A stretch of DNA of 57,201 nt from Bdellovibrionales bacterium (GTDB taxonomy: Bacteria > Bdellovibrionota > Bdellovibrionia > Bdellovibrionales > DASUEL01): positions 1-57,201 of the forward strand of contig JBFWOZ010000016.1 in the NCBI GenBank assembly GCA_050250255.1, written 5' to 3'. Shown one piece after another: positions 55,207 through 57,201 of this stretch (its first letter is position 1; each line of letters begins with the position of its first letter). Below the pieces are notes generated by a model. That model searched no databases. It was not told where the DNA came from and worked only from the letters and a program-made list of their open reading frames with translations. The position numbers were made by a program, and so were the translations under genes.

Positions 55207-56046
55207 ATGATTCGACGTAGTGAGGGCTATTTCAAAGGGCATGATGGAATTGAACTCTTCTTCCAAGCATGGACGCCTGATAAAACTCGCGGGACTTTAG
55301 TCGTAACACATGGTCTCGGAGAACATTCAGAAAGCTACATTCGTTTAGCGGAAGCTCTCGCTCAAGTCGGCTGGGAAATTTTCGCTTGGGATATGCGTGG
55401 TCACGGACGCTCTGAAGGTAAGCGTGGGACGATCAAAAAGTTCGATGATTTCTCTAAAGACCTTCGTCAATTTATTTCTCACGTACAAAAACTTCGTCCT
55501 AAAATTCCGATGGTTCTTTTGGGCCATTCTTTAGGTGGTCTTACAACCTTAAGAACACTCATAGAAAATGAAGACATGGGTCTCAAGGCGGTAGTTTTAA
55601 GTTCACCGCTTCTAGGGATTGCGGTCGAAGTTCCGAAAATTAAAAAGATTGCTGCTCAATATTTACAGAAGTATTTGCCTGACCTCACCATGTATAACGA
55701 AATTTCTAACTTCGACCTCACTTCGGATAAAGCCGTTATTGCCGAATACGAGCGCGACTCTTTACGCCATGATCGTATCAGTTCAAACTTATTTCTAGAG
55801 ATGAACGCCGCGATGGAACGAACCAAAAATCAGGGTTCTAAAATTTGGCTGCCTGTTTTGATTCAGCAAGCGGGAGCGGATCGTGTTGTGAGTCGGATAG
55901 GCACAGAGCAGTTTTTCCAGACAATAGGCTCTGCGAATAAAAAGCTGATAGTTTATGAAGACTTTATGCACGAAGTGTACAATGAAGTTCGAAGACAAGA
56001 GGCACTTCGAGATCTAGCAACGTGGCTCGAACCTTTTCTTGATTAG
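55207..56046 (+). CDS. Alpha/beta hydrolase, lysophospholipase/monoacylglycerol lipase family
   Basis: HGLGEHS, DMRGHGRSEG, nucleophile GHSLGG, D.VV and HE motifs. Confidence 0.92.
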   Translation: MIRRSEGYFKGHDGIELFFQAWTPDKTRGTLVVTHGLGEHSESYIRLAEALAQVGWEIFAWDMRGHGRSEGKRGTIKKFDDFSKDLRQFISHVQKLRPKIPMVLLGHSLGGLTTLRTLIENEDMGLKAVVLSSPLLGIAVEVPKIKKIAAQYLQKYLPDLTMYNEISNFDLTSDKAVIAEYERDSLRHDRISSNLFLEMNAAMERTKNQGSKIWLPVLIQQAGADRVVSRIGTEQFFQTIGSANKKLIVYEDFMHEVYNEVRRQEALRDLATWLEPFLD

Positions 56047-56054
56047 GAGTCCCT

Positions 56055-56618
56055 ATGGCTCAAGACCTTCGAAAAGAACTTATTCAAATGATCATTCAAA
56101 AATCCTATGAAAAGCGGAATGTGGTTTTGGCCTCAGGGCGCATCAGCGATTTTTATATCGACATGAAAAACACTCTTCTCGACCCAAAAGGAATCGATCT
56201 CGTGAGCCGCTTGATGCTCGAAAAATTAGCCCCTCTTGAAGGACAACTCAAGGGAGTCGGGGGCCCTACGATGGGTGCCGATCCACTGGTAACCTCCCTC
56301 ACCATGCAATCTCTCCAATGGAAAAAGCCCCTCATGGGTTTTTACATTCGCAAAGAACCAAAAGCTCACGGCACGTCCCAGTGGATTGAAGGTTTAAAAA
56401 ACTTCGAAAAAGATTCGCGCGTTTTTATTCTTGAAGATGTTGTGACAAGTGGCGGGTCTAGCCTTAAGGCGGTAGAAAAAGCTCAGTTGGCCGGTCTTAA
56501 GGTGGAAGGAATCATGACGTGCATTGATCGTGAAGAGGGTGGTCGAGAGAAGATTGAATCGGCTGGACTCCGATTTGTGACAATCGCAACAAAGTCTGAT
56601 ATTCTTTCTTCTGTCTGA
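56055..56618 (+). CDS. pyrE: Orotate phosphoribosyltransferase
   Basis: LASGRISDFYID, IRKEPKAHGT, LEDVVTSGGS and DREEGG motifs. Confidence 0.96.
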   Translation: MAQDLRKELIQMIIQKSYEKRNVVLASGRISDFYIDMKNTLLDPKGIDLVSRLMLEKLAPLEGQLKGVGGPTMGADPLVTSLTMQSLQWKKPLMGFYIRKEPKAHGTSQWIEGLKNFEKDSRVFILEDVVTSGGSSLKAVEKAQLAGLKVEGIMTCIDREEGGREKIESAGLRFVTIATKSDILSSV

Positions 56619-57201
56619 TGAAAAAGCATCTTAGATTTTCTTTCCTCATTCTTGGCTTGGTACTTTCCGTTGCCGCGTGTTCGTCAACACCGGTGCTCGA
56701 CACTTCTGGTGACTACACCTTCACTCACGACATCACCGATGAAAAGTTCGATAAAATCCTCGACACATTTTCTAAAAAAGATGAACAGTACGCAGGCTTT
56801 GGATCCGTTTACCAGCTCTACGCAACTCTTAAAAATTCTGCGGTGATCGAAGCCCAACTCATGCGTCAGGCACAAGATTTTAAGTGGACGCGCGAACACT
56901 TTTTTAAAGAAAGAGAGAAAGCCTCACAAGAGATGTCCAATGAATCGGAAGTTTTTTTGAGTTTCTTCTCACCTGTTGTGGAAAATGAAAATTTGCATTC
57001 AGGAAAAAGCATTTGGAAAATCTATCTCGTTAGCGAAGGTACTCGCTATGAGGGGAAAGTACAAAAATCTCTCGATGCTCTCGCGCAGCTCCAGAGATTG
57101 TATCCTCAGCACTCAAAATTCTTTTCGGCCTATACGGTCAAATTCAAAGTGCCGATGTCGAAGGTTCAACAGAGTAATAGCCAATTCATTCTCACCGGTC
57201 C
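56618..57201 (+). CDS. Lipoprotein, hypothetical (runs off the window end; absent from the ORF track)
   Basis: ATG overlaps the pyrE TGA. MKKHLRFSFLILGLVLSVAAC lipobox, and the frame stays open to 57201. Confidence 0.8.
   Translation, partial: MKKHLRFSFLILGLVLSVAACSSTPVLDTSGDYTFTHDITDEKFDKILDTFSKKDEQYAGFGSVYQLYATLKNSAVIEAQLMRQAQDFKWTREHFFKEREKASQEMSNESEVFLSFFSPVVENENLHSGKSIWKIYLVSEGTRYEGKVQKSLDALAQLQRLYPQHSKFFSAYTVKFKVPMSKVQQSNSQFILTG

Overview
A 57-kb bacterial chromosomal segment, most likely from a Bdellovibrionota (Bdellovibrio-like predator) genome. This is inferred from MGMR-start flagellins, a TIGR02147/DUF4423-type HTH regulator, an RCC1-repeat protein and many short secreted orphan proteins. 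Housekeeping genes include a UvrD/PcrA helicase, ubiB-like kinase, rnr, valS, gcdH, purD, mpaA, glmU-glmS, addB-addA and pyrE. Interspersed are two tandem flagellins, a NitT/TauT (NMT1/ThiY-like) ABC transporter, an S8 protease lipoprotein, an AraC/MBL islet and an NtrC-type regulator with a degenerate kinase. The most notable items are: (1) a REP-associated tyrosine transposase (RAYT) in a 792-bp cassette bounded by 39-bp inverted repeats, with a transposase-less 144-bp element carrying the same ends 20 kb away and a second related palindromic repeat family, all abutting gene stops; (2) a divergent four-gene module of two paralogous hatch-type (FadL/PorV/TraF-like) outer-membrane barrels flanking two Cys-rich lipoproteins; (3) a 200-bp near-perfect hairpin with CsrA-type GGA loops at its apex; (4) an unannotated 30-aa membrane microprotein behind a flagellin; (5) promoter geometry suggesting frequent leaderless mRNAs from sigma70-, sigma28- and sigma54-type promoters. 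No rRNA, tRNA or CRISPR array was recognised. All calls come from reading motifs by eye; no searches were run.
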